Shown piece by piece: positions 31,277 through 42,736 of a DNA stretch of 64,000 nucleotides. Both the position numbers and the translations under genes were made by a program. Every line of letters begins with the position of its first letter. Positions within the stretch are counted from its first letter, which is position 1. The notes below the pieces were generated by a model that worked only from the letters and a program-made list of their open reading frames with translations, ran no database searches and had not been told where the DNA came from. The DNA comes from an uncultured Desulfuromonadales bacterium (GTDB lineage: Bacteria; Desulfobacterota; Desulfuromonadia; Desulfuromonadales; Trichloromonadaceae), in NCBI GenBank assembly GCA_945787465.1, contig CALZIZ010000002.1, positions 7,908 to 71,907 of the forward strand, in the 5' to 3' direction.

Positions 31277-32461
31277 ATGTCAGCACGTCGCATCCAATTA
31301 TACATTGCCAAAGAAGTCGCCGTACCGACCCTGCTCGGGCTGTGCATTTTCACTATTGTACTGCTCATGGGGCGAGTTCTGAAGCTTCTCGAGATGGTGA
31401 TCAACAAGGGGGTCCCCATATCGGACATCCTGCTGCTGTTCGCTTACCTGTTGCCCGGTTTTCTGGTCATAACCATTCCCCTGGCTTTTCTTCTGGGAGT
31501 CCTGCTCGGTTTCGGCCGGCTCTCCTCGGAAAGCGAGGTCACTGCCCTGAAAGCCTCGGGCATCAGTGTTTACAACATGGCCAAGCCGGTTCTGGCACTT
31601 GCAATCCTCGCCAGCGTGGCAACCGCGTCTCTCACGCTGTACGCAGAACCCGCAGGCAACACCGCCTTTCGCAACCAGGTTTTCCAGATAGCAACCAGCC
31701 GCGCAAGCGTCGGCCTACAACCCCGGGTCTTCAATGACGAGTTTGACGGTCTGGTCATCTACGCCGACGGCATTGATGAGCGCAGCAGCCTGATGCAGGG
31801 GGTCTTTATATCCGACGAGCGGCAGGGCTCGACACCATCGGTTATCGTTGCCCAGACCGGCCGGATCATAAGTGACCAGGAGGCCCTCTCTCTGACCCTG
31901 CGACTGACCGAGGGCTCCATCCATCGGCGCCCCGCAGACCAGAAAAGGCAAGCGTACCAGACCATCGATTTTTCCGTCTACGACATCAACCTCAACATGG
32001 GCCAGGAGCTCACCCCCGCCAAACGCAACAAAAAACCGAAAGAACTCACCCTGGCCGAGGTACAGCAGGCGAGGCAATCCGCGGCGACCCCTGCAGTAAA
32101 ACACGCGATGCAGGTTGAACTGCACAGGCGTCTGGTCCTGCCGTTGGCGCCGCTGGTCTTCGCCTTCATTGCCGTGCCCCTCGGCATCCAAAACCAGCGC
32201 AGCGGCCGAGGCGGTGGTTTCGCCGTGGGGCTGCTGGTGTTTCTGGTCTTCTACATCCTGTTTTCTTTTGGCGAGACACTGGCGCTCGAAAAACAGCTCC
32301 CTCCCCTGCTGACCCTTTGGCTGCCCGCCCTGATATATCTTGCCGGCGGGGTTTACCTGCTGCACATGACCGCCAGAGAAAAAGGGCTGGCGTTTTTCGA
32401 ACAACTCTGGGACATCCCGCGGTCATTCAAAAGATTTCTGTTTCACCGGAGGCCTCGATGA
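31277..32461 (+). CDS. lptF: LPS export ABC transporter permease LptF
   Basis: 394 aa, YjgP/YjgQ family, starting RIQLYIAKEV. ATGA overlap with lptG. Confidence 0.88.
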   Translation: MSARRIQLYIAKEVAVPTLLGLCIFTIVLLMGRVLKLLEMVINKGVPISDILLLFAYLLPGFLVITIPLAFLLGVLLGFGRLSSESEVTALKASGISVYNMAKPVLALAILASVATASLTLYAEPAGNTAFRNQVFQIATSRASVGLQPRVFNDEFDGLVIYADGIDERSSLMQGVFISDERQGSTPSVIVAQTGRIISDQEALSLTLRLTEGSIHRRPADQKRQAYQTIDFSVYDINLNMGQELTPAKRNKKPKELTLAEVQQARQSAATPAVKHAMQVELHRRLVLPLAPLVFAFIAVPLGIQNQRSGRGGGFAVGLLVFLVFYILFSFGETLALEKQLPPLLTLWLPALIYLAGGVYLLHMTAREKGLAFFEQLWDIPRSFKRFLFHRRPR

Positions 32462-33540
32462 TTCTGCTTCACCGCTACACGCTCAAGGCCTACGGAAAAA
32501 CGTTTCTACTCTCGCTGGCTGCGTTTTTGGGAATCTACCTGCTGGTCGATTTTTTTGAGAAAGTCGACAAATTCATCGAACACCAGGCAGATTTTTCGCT
32601 ATACGTCCTGTATTTCGCCAACAAAATCCCCATGATCATCGCTCAGGTCACCCCCTTGGCTGTCCTCATGGGGGTCTTTATGACCCTTGGCGGATTCTCC
32701 CGAACCAACGAACTTACCGCCATGCGCGCCAGCGGCATCGGCCTGGTGCGCATCTCCCTGCCCCTGCTCGGCATGGCTCTGGCAACCGTCCTGGCCGTGC
32801 TCTGCGTCAACGAATACCTGGTGCCCTTGTGCGTAAAAAAGTCTAATTATATTCTCCAAACCGAAGTCAAGGGAAAGCCGTCGCTTGCCGTCAAAAGAGA
32901 TCGGGTCTGGTTTCGGGATGAAAACGCCATTGTCAATGTCGACCTCGCCTACCCTGAAAAAGGATTGCTGCAAGGTATCAGCATTTTCGTTCTGAACGAC
33001 AAATTCAAACTGGTCCGCCGCACAGATGCGGCCCAGGCCACCTTTGCCGATCAGCGCTGGACCTTTGAAGACCTCATTGAACGCTCTTTCAACACCCAAA
33101 CCCGTTCGATGAGCAACCTGCAGCACTTTAAGAGCAAACCGCTCGACTTCGGTAAAACCCCTGAAGATTTCAGAACCACCAGCGATAAAAACGAAGAACT
33201 TGACTATTTTCAGCTGCACGCTCTGGCCGGCAAACTTCAGTCCGAAGGGTATGACGTTACCCGCTACCTGGTGGACATGCAATCCAGACTCGCCAACCCC
33301 TTTGCCAACCTGATCATGGCTTTTCTCGGCATCCCCTTTGCGCTGCAGAAAGGTCGAGGATCGAGTATCGCCATGGGCATAACCCTCAGCGTAGCCATCG
33401 GGGTCGGCTATTTCATCCTCCAATCGACCCTGCTTGCCTTTGGCTACTCAGCAGTTCTCCCCCCGGTGATCGCCGCCTGGTCGGCCAACCTGCTCTTCGG
33501 CCTTCTGGGAATCTGGTTATTGCTGGCAAGCCGTCAGTAG
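32458..33540 (+). CDS. lptG: LPS export ABC transporter permease LptG
   Basis: Start taken at MILLHRYTLKAYGKTF (ATG 32458). YjgP/YjgQ family. Confidence 0.88.
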   Translation: MILLHRYTLKAYGKTFLLSLAAFLGIYLLVDFFEKVDKFIEHQADFSLYVLYFANKIPMIIAQVTPLAVLMGVFMTLGGFSRTNELTAMRASGIGLVRISLPLLGMALATVLAVLCVNEYLVPLCVKKSNYILQTEVKGKPSLAVKRDRVWFRDENAIVNVDLAYPEKGLLQGISIFVLNDKFKLVRRTDAAQATFADQRWTFEDLIERSFNTQTRSMSNLQHFKSKPLDFGKTPEDFRTTSDKNEELDYFQLHALAGKLQSEGYDVTRYLVDMQSRLANPFANLIMAFLGIPFALQKGRGSSIAMGITLSVAIGVGYFILQSTLLAFGYSAVLPPVIAAWSANLLFGLLGIWLLLASRQ

Positions 33541-33612
33541 TTGCCCCCTCGCAGTTGGTTGTGTTTGACAGCAACTGTGATTTAATAGAGAAAAACCAAA
33601 ACGGGAGGGACC

Positions 33613-34461
33613 ATGCATATCATACTTCCCACGTTGCTTTTTCTGCTGCTCGGCATGTTTCAGGTTGAAGCCGTGGAAATTACCGCGCTCTCCCCCTCGG
33701 TTGCCGAACCCGGATCCAGGGTCACGGTCCTCGGCGAAGGACTCGAACCGGGAACTCTGGTCGGCCTGGGTGATCAGCTGATCGAACCTGAAGCGCTCGC
33801 CCCCACACGCCTTCAGTTTACCATCCCGCCGCTGCCAGAAGGGGAGTATGCCCTCTATCTGCAATACGAAGAACAGTCCTCCAAACGCACCTTTTTCTTG
33901 AGCATTGTCGAACCACCCCCCCAAATCATCTCCCTGAGCCCAGTCAATATCGATGAATGCTCCACTGCAGCAGAACGGCGCGTGGTGGTCTCCGGCCGCA
34001 ATTTCAAGCCGGGAGCCAACCTGCTGCTCGATGGAGCGGCCGTGCCTGTCAGTGGACGGTCAGAAACCGGCCTCACCTTCACCACCCCCCTGCTGGCCGG
34101 GGGCAGCCACGAGGTGCAGGTTGTCAATCCCAGTGGCAAATCGTCACTGACCCACTCGCTGTTTATCAACAGCATCCCCGAAATTCTCTCGGTAAGCCAG
34201 GGCCAGGACAATGTCACCGAATACCATTTGATTATCGAGGGCAAAAACTTTCTCTACAGCTCGATGCTGGTGGTCAACGGCACCCCAATTCTACGTAACA
34301 GTGGCCGCCAACCAACCCAGGCCGACCACGTGGAGTATCAGAACTGCCGCACGATGATATATTTGCGCCACCCCTACAGCAGGGAGCTGAAACGGGTTTC
34401 GCTCCAAGTGGTCAATCACGGCAACCTTCAAAGTCCGGTTCACTTTGTCACCATTCCCTGA
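33613..34461 (+). CDS. Secreted IPT/TIG repeat protein
   Basis: 282 aa with a signal peptide and three IPT/TIG-like repeats (ITALSPSVAEPGSRVTVLGEGL; IISLSPVN...VVVSGRNF; ILSVSQG...IIEGKNF). GGGAGGGA RBS. Confidence 0.7.
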   Translation: MHIILPTLLFLLLGMFQVEAVEITALSPSVAEPGSRVTVLGEGLEPGTLVGLGDQLIEPEALAPTRLQFTIPPLPEGEYALYLQYEEQSSKRTFFLSIVEPPPQIISLSPVNIDECSTAAERRVVVSGRNFKPGANLLLDGAAVPVSGRSETGLTFTTPLLAGGSHEVQVVNPSGKSSLTHSLFINSIPEILSVSQGQDNVTEYHLIIEGKNFLYSSMLVVNGTPILRNSGRQPTQADHVEYQNCRTMIYLRHPYSRELKRVSLQVVNHGNLQSPVHFVTIP

Positions 34462-34472
34462 AGTTTTTACGT

Positions 34473-34503
34473 AAAAGGGCCCGCCGAACTGGCGGGCCCT
34501 TTT
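34473..34503. terminator. Bidirectional Rho-independent terminator between the convergent IPT/TIG gene and ahcY
   Basis: AAAAGGGCCCGCC-GAACT-GGCGGGCCCTTTT: a 13-bp stem with A/T runs on both sides. Confidence 0.8.
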
Positions 34504-34518
34504 GATTTCACTTTGCTT

Positions 34519-34546
34519 TTTTACCCCTTACTCCTTACGCCTCACG
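34519..34546. repeat. Heptad-periodic block TTTTACC CCTTACT CCTTACG CCTCACG just 3' of the ahcY stop
   Basis: Four consecutive 7-bp units read directly. The ahcY stop codon is at 34556-34558. Confidence 0.6.
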
Positions 34547-34555
34547 GTTTCAGCA

Positions 34556-36022
<1,467 letters not shown>

Positions 36023-36056
36023 GAGATTTACTCACTCCTTTGCTAAGACAATAAAT

Positions 36057-37025
36057 TCAGACAGCTGCCAGCCCCGAATCGCCGGTCGCAGCAGCTGCAG
36101 CCTTTTGTGCACACATCAGAAAAACCCCCTGAGACCCACCGCTGCCGGGGATGCTGCGATATTGCCGAAGCGCAAATCCGGCCGAGGTCAGCCAGGACTC
36201 AAGCTCCTTGGCCGCAAAACCGAGCCACTGGTCGGCCATCCGTTCACGGACCCATTCCTGCTCATGGCGTTGCAGGTCAGCGATCACCAGCTGCCCCCGG
36301 GCAGCGAGCACCCGGGAGAGCTCCTTGAGCACCTCAGCGGGCTGGGCGGCATGGTGGAAGACCATATCGAGCAAAACAACATCGGCCCACCCGTCTGAAA
36401 CAGGGAGATGACTCATCTCGCCAAGCCGCAACTCCACATTTTGCATCCCTTCGCCGGTCACTCGTTTGCGGGCCTCGCCGAGCATGGCTGAAGAATGGTC
36501 GACCCCGACCATGCGTTCGGCCTTGCCGGCCAAACCTGAAAGCATGACCCCGGTACCTATCCCCACTTCAACCAGAGCCCTGCAGCTGGGGACCATCCCC
36601 AGAAGGAGTTTCCGGTATTCCGGAACGGGAAGAATCTGCTGCGAGAGTTCATCCCAATTGCGGGCATGGTGTTCGAAAAAGTCCTGACTGCGTTTTCGCC
36701 GCGCCTCAAGGGACCGGGCCAAGCCACCAAGATCACAGGGGCGTTCGGGCAGACTGCCGAGCCTCGACTCCAGAGCGGGCCAGATCTCGCGGAAAAAAGC
36801 GCTGTCCTCGCCAAGGCGATAATAGCCCCAGGTTCCCTGCCGCTTGACGTTCAGAATGCCTGCCTCGGCCAGAATTTTCAGATGCCGCGAGATGCGGGAC
36901 TGGCCCATGGCCATGATGGCCGTCAGTTCCTGCACGGTCAACTCAGCCTGAGCCAGCAGCGCCACCAGGCGCAGACGAGTCGGGTCAGCCAAAGCTTTAA
37001 GTGTATCAAGCAACATATCAATCAA
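36057..37025 (-). CDS. sahR: ArsR-type HTH fused to a SAM-methyltransferase-like domain; SahR-like regulator of the methyl cycle
   Basis: 322 aa. N-terminal LKALADPTRLRLVALL..ELTVQEL wHTH and C-terminal class I MTase fold (VEVGIGTG). Sits between ahcY and metK, as described for SahR. The track start is TTG 37025; an alternative ATG is at 37016. Confidence 0.65.
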   Translation of the reverse strand: MIDMLLDTLKALADPTRLRLVALLAQAELTVQELTAIMAMGQSRISRHLKILAEAGILNVKRQGTWGYYRLGEDSAFFREIWPALESRLGSLPERPCDLGGLARSLEARRKRSQDFFEHHARNWDELSQQILPVPEYRKLLLGMVPSCRALVEVGIGTGVMLSGLAGKAERMVGVDHSSAMLGEARKRVTGEGMQNVELRLGEMSHLPVSDGWADVVLLDMVFHHAAQPAEVLKELSRVLAARGQLVIADLQRHEQEWVRERMADQWLGFAAKELESWLTSAGFALRQYRSIPGSGGSQGVFLMCAQKAAAAATGDSGLAAV

Positions 37026-37055
37026 ACCAGTTTGATAAAATCAACTTTTCTTGAT
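37021..37055. promoter_or_regulatory. Two ATCAA-N6-TTGAT palindromes immediately upstream of the sahR-like gene (candidate autoregulatory operators)
   Basis: ATCAAACCAGTTTGAT (37021-37036) and ATCAACTTTTCTTGAT (37040-37055), with centres 19 bp apart. Confidence 0.4.
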
Positions 37056-37083
37056 CTATCACGACACTATCAATGGGTCAACC

Positions 37084-37111
37084 AAAAAAGGCGGATCCCT
37101 TAGGATCCGCC
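37084..37111 (-). terminator. Rho-independent terminator after the lipoprotein gene
   Basis: Minus strand: GGCGGATCC-TAAG-GGATCCGCC, then TTTTTTGG. Confidence 0.75.
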
Positions 37112-37137
37112 CGTTTGTGTTGACTGGTCATGCCCTG

Positions 37138-37869
37138 TCAGAGAGCGAAAACCGAGGTGTGCAATGCTCCGGTGCCTTTTTCCTTGAGTTGCATACGCAA
37201 TTGGGTTGCCGAGGCGGCTTCTCCAGGAAAGAACAGGAAACCTCGCCCCAAGGTACCGGACGGAACAGCCCGGTTTTCAAGCTGCTTGTTTGCCAGATCC
37301 TTCGATATCTGCCTACCGGCCTCATCAGAACTCAGCTCACCGGCACCACCGATAACGGCACCGCCTGCGGCACCGACTGCAGCACCCTTGCCGGCCGCGG
37401 TGCCAACGTTTTCCCCGGTCAGAATCCCGATGGCCGCACCGACGATGGCACCACCCAGGGCCCCGTAAACCGAATCCTTACCGGCCCCCTTGGCGACCCG
37501 GGCAAATTCAGAACTCTTTTCCAGACGCTTATATGCCGTGCGCCCGTCTAGCAAGTTCCAGTAGTTGCCTTCAGCATCGACAAGAAACGTCTGATCCGGC
37601 ACCACGATCAGCGCCTGGGAACCTAGGTTGTCAATCACCACCTGAACCGGTAACAGCCCGGCATCACGGATATCGAAACCGAAAGCCTTTTTGGCCTCGG
37701 CCTTGTCGGCGAAGGCCTGGGCCGCCACCTGGGCGCCAGCCACAACCTGCATGCCGGAGTAAGCAGCTGGTGGTTTGAAGGGTACCTCCTGACTTTTGTA
37801 CGAGGTGCATGCGGAGACGAAGAGCAAACCCGCCAGACACGTTAAGAAAATCAAATACTTAAGGCTCAT
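37138..37869 (-). CDS. Lipoprotein with a glycine-zipper region
   Basis: Start taken at MSLKYLIFLTCLAGLLFVSAC (lipobox, ATG 37869). Gly-zipper GALGGAIVGAAIGILTG...GAAVGAAGGAVIGGAG. Confidence 0.7.
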   Translation of the reverse strand: MSLKYLIFLTCLAGLLFVSACTSYKSQEVPFKPPAAYSGMQVVAGAQVAAQAFADKAEAKKAFGFDIRDAGLLPVQVVIDNLGSQALIVVPDQTFLVDAEGNYWNLLDGRTAYKRLEKSSEFARVAKGAGKDSVYGALGGAIVGAAIGILTGENVGTAAGKGAAVGAAGGAVIGGAGELSSDEAGRQISKDLANKQLENRAVPSGTLGRGFLFFPGEAASATQLRMQLKEKGTGALHTSVFAL

Positions 37870-38002
37870 AATCCTATCCCCCTTGGGCGAGATAAAGTTC
37901 AACCTCATTCTAGCACAGTCGCCCGCAGTGACAATATGGTTTAGCAAACGCGACCAAGTCATTTCAAGAGCTTGGCAACCGATGGAAACACTTTAAATAC
38001 TA

Positions 38003-39100
38003 TCAAGGTTGGTGTTTTCGGAGCCCTCCATCCCTTAGCCGCAGCCACCCCCAGGCCAGATAAAACCACGACCACACCAGGGCGGTAGCCACCATGCGCC
38101 CCAGTCGGTTATCGGTCAGCCCCCCGAACCCCCTGTCAAACCGCTTCAACAGGGCCTCGCTGCCCTGCCCCGGCGAGACCCCGGTTCGCAGATTGCGGCA
38201 AACCTTCCAGGCCAGAACCAGCTGCCAGGCATGCCCTCGAACATAACCGCCGGTCAAATACCAGAGCCGCGCCCGCTCCCGGAGTGGCCGCCTGAGAAGA
38301 AGCTTGTGAATCATTTCGAAAAATGGCCGTAGCCGCAATTTCGAAGCACAATCCTGGCTGCGGTAAACCCCGGGGATTGCCTTGAAAAATTCATTCCATC
38401 CGATGGCGGAAAAATTCATGATGAAGGCGTTGAGCACCTGCCGCTGCAGCAGCCCTTCGGTTTCAAATCGCCTGGCCGAGGTTAGAATGTCTGCCGGCAA
38501 AAGCAGCCACCTCCCGGAAGCCCTTAGTTTTTCAGCAAAGCGGGTATCCTCGAGCAGCGGCAGAGCTTCGTCAAATGGGCCCAGAGCCTGAAATAACGAT
38601 CGGCTCAGCAAAAAGCCCTGATCTCCATGGGTGCACTCGGCACGGTCGAGGCTCGCTTTGAATTCATAATAGGCATAAGCCGCAGAAGATTGGGCGCACC
38701 TGTCCTTGAAGCGCAGGGCAAAATGTCCGGCCACAGCCTTGGCCGAAGGCTGCATTGCTTCTTTCAATGCATCAAGGGATCGGACTAGGGCCATGGGGTC
38801 GTCAAATTGGCTGTCGGCATGCAAAAACAACAGCCACCCCCCACGGGCCACTCGTGCCCCGGCGTTGAGTTGAGCACCTCGACCCCGCAGAGAATTCACC
38901 ACCCTCACCTCAAAGGCGACCTCTTTGGCCAGGGCGGCAACAGATTGCAGGGAAACGTCTGTGGAACCGCCGTCACACAGAATGACCTCAAAGGCGACCC
39001 CATGCTGCTGCGCGAGTGTAGATAAAAGCCCCGGCAGGGTTTCGGCTTCGTTGAGAACTGGAACGATGATCGAGAGCAATGGAGGGGGGCGGTTGATCAT
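38003..39100 (-). CDS. Family 2 glycosyltransferase (TIGR04283-like N-terminal domain plus ~130-aa C-terminal extension)
   Basis: 365 aa with LLSIIVPVLNEAETL, FLHADS, GDQGFL and TSARRFE motifs. Confidence 0.7.
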   Translation of the reverse strand: MINRPPPLLSIIVPVLNEAETLPGLLSTLAQQHGVAFEVILCDGGSTDVSLQSVAALAKEVAFEVRVVNSLRGRGAQLNAGARVARGGWLLFLHADSQFDDPMALVRSLDALKEAMQPSAKAVAGHFALRFKDRCAQSSAAYAYYEFKASLDRAECTHGDQGFLLSRSLFQALGPFDEALPLLEDTRFAEKLRASGRWLLLPADILTSARRFETEGLLQRQVLNAFIMNFSAIGWNEFFKAIPGVYRSQDCASKLRLRPFFEMIHKLLLRRPLRERARLWYLTGGYVRGHAWQLVLAWKVCRNLRTGVSPGQGSEALLKRFDRGFGGLTDNRLGRMVATALVWSWFYLAWGWLRLRDGGLRKHQP

Positions 39101-39322
39101 AAGAGAAAGAGATTATCCGATGAGTTTGCAAGTGAGATGGGCTCTGTTTACCTAATAAAATACCCGGTCGGTAAAATTTTTCAACCGAGTCGCAATATGT
39201 CATTACCACAGGTTTTTCAGGCGGGACTCCAGACTTCAATCGCCTGCCGTTCTGGTCCCCCCGACAGAATCACTGGGGAATGAGAAATTGCCATTTCTGA
39301 TCAGTGCCCCTTCATCACACAC

Positions 39323-39351
39323 AAAAAAAAGCGGGCCAGAAGAGGCCCGCT
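39323..39351 (-). terminator. Rho-independent terminator after metK
   Basis: Minus strand: AGCGGGCC-TCTTCT-GGCCCGCT, then TTTTTTTT. Confidence 0.8.
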
Positions 39352-39377
39352 TTGGTGTATCAGCATACTGCGGCAGC

Positions 39378-40547
39378 TTAAAGCCCGGCGCGCTTTTTGA
39401 GGGATTCAGCGCGGTCGGTGCGCTCCCAGGTGAACTCGGGAAGCTCACGGCCAAAATGCCCATAGGCGGCGGTTTTCTTGTAAATGGGGCGCAGCAGGTC
39501 GAGGGTCTCGATGATGGCACGGGGCCGCATATCGAATTCCTCCCGGACGATCCGGGCGATCTCGTTGGAGGGGATCTTGCCGGTGCCGAAGGTATTGATC
39601 ATTACAGAAACCGGCTCGGCGACGCCGATGGCATATGCGACCTGAACTTCGCACTTGTCGGCAAGCCCTGCTGCGACGATGTTCTTTGCCACGTAGCGGG
39701 CCATGTAGGATGCACTTCGGTCGACCTTGGACGGATCCTTGCCGGAAAAAGCGCCCCCACCGTGGGAGCCCTGGCCACCGTAGGTGTCGACAATGATCTT
39801 GCGCCCGGTCAGGCCGCAGTCGCCCATGGGACCGCCAACCACGAAGCGGCCGGTGGGGTTAATGAAGTACTTGGTCTTCTCATCGAGCAGATCGGCCGGA
39901 ATGATCTTCTTGACCACTTCCTCGATGATCCCTTCCTTAAGGTTGTCGTAGGTCACCTCAGGGCTGTGCTGAGAACTGACCACAACCGCATCGACGCGAA
40001 TCGGTTTGTCGTTGATGTACTGGATCGAAACCTGGGATTTGCTGTCCGGGCGCAGAAATGGCAGCAGACCGCTTTTGCGAACCTCGGCCAGACGTTTTGT
40101 CAGTTTGTGGGCAAAGGTGATGGGCATGGGCATCAGTTCGGGGGTTTCATTGCAGGCGTAGCCGAACATCAGCCCCTGGTCGCCGGCACCCTGCTCCGCA
40201 AACATCCCTTCGCCTTCGGTCACCCCCTGGGAGATGTCCGGCGACTGGCGGTCGATGGAGGTTAAAACGGCGCAGGTTTCGCAGTCGAAGCCCATGGAGG
40301 AATCGTCGTAGCCGATCTCCTTGATCGTCTGGCGGACGATCTCGGGCATGTCCACGTAAGCGGTGGTGGTAATCTCGCCGGCGATCATGGCCATCCCGGT
40401 GGTGACCAGGGTTTCACAGGCAACGCGCGCCTTGGGATCTTCGCTGATTATGGCATCGAGAATGCTATCGGAAATCTGGTCGGCAACTTTATCAGGATGT
40501 CCTTCACCGACAGATTCTGAGGTGAAAAGAAAATCGGTCATAGCCAT
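39378..40547 (-). CDS. metK: S-adenosylmethionine synthase
   Basis: 389 aa starting [22 protein letters not shown], with a [16 protein letters not shown] motif. Confidence 0.97.
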   Translation of the reverse strand: MAMTDFLFTSESVGEGHPDKVADQISDSILDAIISEDPKARVACETLVTTGMAMIAGEITTTAYVDMPEIVRQTIKEIGYDDSSMGFDCETCAVLTSIDRQSPDISQGVTEGEGMFAEQGAGDQGLMFGYACNETPELMPMPITFAHKLTKRLAEVRKSGLLPFLRPDSKSQVSIQYINDKPIRVDAVVVSSQHSPEVTYDNLKEGIIEEVVKKIIPADLLDEKTKYFINPTGRFVVGGPMGDCGLTGRKIIVDTYGGQGSHGGGAFSGKDPSKVDRSASYMARYVAKNIVAAGLADKCEVQVAYAIGVAEPVSVMINTFGTGKIPSNEIARIVREEFDMRPRAIIETLDLLRPIYKKTAAYGHFGRELPEFTWERTDRAESLKKRAGL

Positions 40548-40664
40548 GGTGATTATTCCCCCTTGATGGTTTGGGCTAAAAAAACGGGTTATGTTAATTG
40601 GAAAGATTGCAGTCTGTCAAGAATTTCGGACCGGATATTTTAACCCCCATCGGCGAGACCTGGG

Positions 40665-42452
40665 TTAAATGGAGGGTGCCTTGAAGAGATCGGGATATCT
40701 CTGCTTCATCTGCGCTTCAAGAAAGGCGCTGACCTCCTGGGCAGTGCCAAGCTTGAACAGTTGGCCAAGCAGCTGTACCCCGTCCTCGCGACGCACCTGG
40801 CGAAGCAGGCGTTTGACCCGGGGAATCCCGGGAGCATTCATCGACAGTTCGTCAAAACCAAGCCCCAACAATATGAGGCTATAGAGGGGCTCGGCGGCCA
40901 TCTCACCGCACATGCCGACCTTGATACCGGCATTTTTTGCGGCCGTGCAGATCATCTGCAGGGCCCGGAGAATAGCCGGGTGCAGAGGTTCGTAGAGATA
41001 GGCGACGTGCTCGTTGCCCCGATCCACCGCCAGGCAGTACTGGATCAGGTCATTGGTGCCGACCGAAAAGAAGTCGACCTCCGGGGCCAGCAAGTCGGCG
41101 ACCAGGGCCGCCGAAGGGGTTTCGATCATAATCCCCACAGGCAACTCTTCATCAAAGAGCACCTGCTCCTGGCGCAGCTCATCCATGGCCCGGGCGAGGC
41201 ACCTTTTGCACTCGTGAATTTCGGCCATCCCCGAGATCATCGGAAACATGATCCGCACCTGGCCGAAGGCTGAAGCCCTGAGTATCGCCCGCAACTGGAC
41301 GTGAAACAGGGTCCGCTCCTTAAGGGAGAAGCGAATCGCCCGCAGCCCCATGGCCGGATTGGCTTCGTCAGCCAGGTTGATCTCCGGAACAAACTTGTCT
41401 CCGCCCACGTCCAGGGTTCGGATAGTCACCGGATGAGGAGCCATTTTTTCAATGATCCCCCGGTAGACGGCCAACTGCTCCTCTTCGTCGGGAGGCACCG
41501 AGCGGTTGAGAAACAGAAATTCCGAACGAAACAGGCCGATTCCCTCCGCACCCTGGGTCTGGGCCAGGGCCACCTCTTCGGGCAGTTCCACATTGCCCCG
41601 CAGCGAAACATGAAAGCCGTCGAGTGTCTGGCCGGGCAACTCGCGGTAGGCGAGCAGCTCTTTTTCGAAGTACTCGTACTGCTGTTTCTTCTTCAGGTAT
41701 TCGCGAAAGGTCTCGGGCGAGGGATTGAGAACCAGGGTGCCGTGGGTCCCGTCGATAATCGCCGGCATCCGGTCGCGCACCATGGTGGTGACCGACTCGA
41801 GCCCGACCACAGCCGGGATGCCCAGGGAGCGGGCAAGAATCGCGGTGTGCGAGGTCCTTCCGCCGACATCGGTGACAAAGGCGATGATCTGCTCCTTGTC
41901 CATCTGCATGGTGTCGGCCGGCGAGAGATCGTGGGCGGCAATAATCGCTTTGCGATCGACTTCGGCTAGGGACTGCTGGGAGGCACCAACCAGATTGCGC
42001 AGCAGGCGATCTCCGACCGAATCGATGTCAGAGCGCCGCTCGCGCAAGTACTCATCCTCGATCTTGTCGAAAACCTCCCGAAACTTTTTCAGGGTCCGCT
42101 TCAGGGCCCCCTCGGCATTGACAAGCTTTTCCCGGATCATCCCCACCGTGCTTTCGAGAAGCATCTGGTCGTCGAGAATCAACAGGTGGGTGTCGATGAT
42201 ATAGAGGTGTTCGACCAGTTGCCGGTCGGTGACCCCTGATTTGACCTCTTCGAGCTGTTTTTTCGAAAGCTCTACCGCTTCGAAAAAAGCCTCGATTTCG
42301 CCCTGCACCTCATATGGGGCAATGCGCCGTTCCACCGCCGCAGTCCGGGTGCGGTTCACCAGAAAAATCTCACCGATGGCGATCCCGGGGGAGGCCCCGA
42401 TACCGATCAGAAAGGTATCCTGGACGATTTCAGTCTTCGCCGAAGCCATCAT
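40665..42452 (-). CDS. ptsI: Phosphoenolpyruvate-protein phosphotransferase (PTS enzyme I)
   Basis: 595 aa with GGRTSHTAILARSLGIPAVVG (active-site His) and a C-terminal PEP-utilising domain. Confidence 0.94.
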   Translation of the reverse strand: MMASAKTEIVQDTFLIGIGASPGIAIGEIFLVNRTRTAAVERRIAPYEVQGEIEAFFEAVELSKKQLEEVKSGVTDRQLVEHLYIIDTHLLILDDQMLLESTVGMIREKLVNAEGALKRTLKKFREVFDKIEDEYLRERRSDIDSVGDRLLRNLVGASQQSLAEVDRKAIIAAHDLSPADTMQMDKEQIIAFVTDVGGRTSHTAILARSLGIPAVVGLESVTTMVRDRMPAIIDGTHGTLVLNPSPETFREYLKKKQQYEYFEKELLAYRELPGQTLDGFHVSLRGNVELPEEVALAQTQGAEGIGLFRSEFLFLNRSVPPDEEEQLAVYRGIIEKMAPHPVTIRTLDVGGDKFVPEINLADEANPAMGLRAIRFSLKERTLFHVQLRAILRASAFGQVRIMFPMISGMAEIHECKRCLARAMDELRQEQVLFDEELPVGIMIETPSAALVADLLAPEVDFFSVGTNDLIQYCLAVDRGNEHVAYLYEPLHPAILRALQMICTAAKNAGIKVGMCGEMAAEPLYSLILLGLGFDELSMNAPGIPRVKRLLRQVRREDGVQLLGQLFKLGTAQEVSAFLEAQMKQRYPDLFKAPSI

Positions 42453-42696
42453 TAATCAACTGTCCCAGCGCACCAAGGGCGTCAGTGGCATCATCACCGC
42501 TGATAGAAACAACAATGTTGGCCCCCTTGGGAGCTGCCAGCATCAGAATCCCCATGATGCTTTTGCCGTTCACCTCAACGCCGTCTTTTTCGACCGTGAT
42601 ATCCGAACGGAATCGGTTAGCCGTCTGAACCAGCTGGGCCGCGGCGCGAGCATGCAACCCCAGGCGGTTTATTATCGTGAATTCCTGCTTTTCCAT
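42430..42696 (-). CDS. ptsH: Phosphocarrier protein HPr
   Basis: Start taken at MEKQEFTIINRLGLHARAAA (His15). GKSIMGI (Ser46) is present. Confidence 0.9.
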   Translation of the reverse strand: MEKQEFTIINRLGLHARAAAQLVQTANRFRSDITVEKDGVEVNGKSIMGILMLAAPKGANIVVSISGDDATDALGALGQLINDGFGED

Positions 42697-42736
42697 CCTG
42701 CTCCTTTTTTTCAAAAAGCCGTTCTTGCAGTCCAGG

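Noticed and set aside
39101-39322. A ~220-nt leader upstream of the glycosyltransferase gene, examined for a c-di-GMP (GEMM) or other riboswitch.
   Set aside because: No GEMM-type conserved motifs are present, only short weak hairpins.
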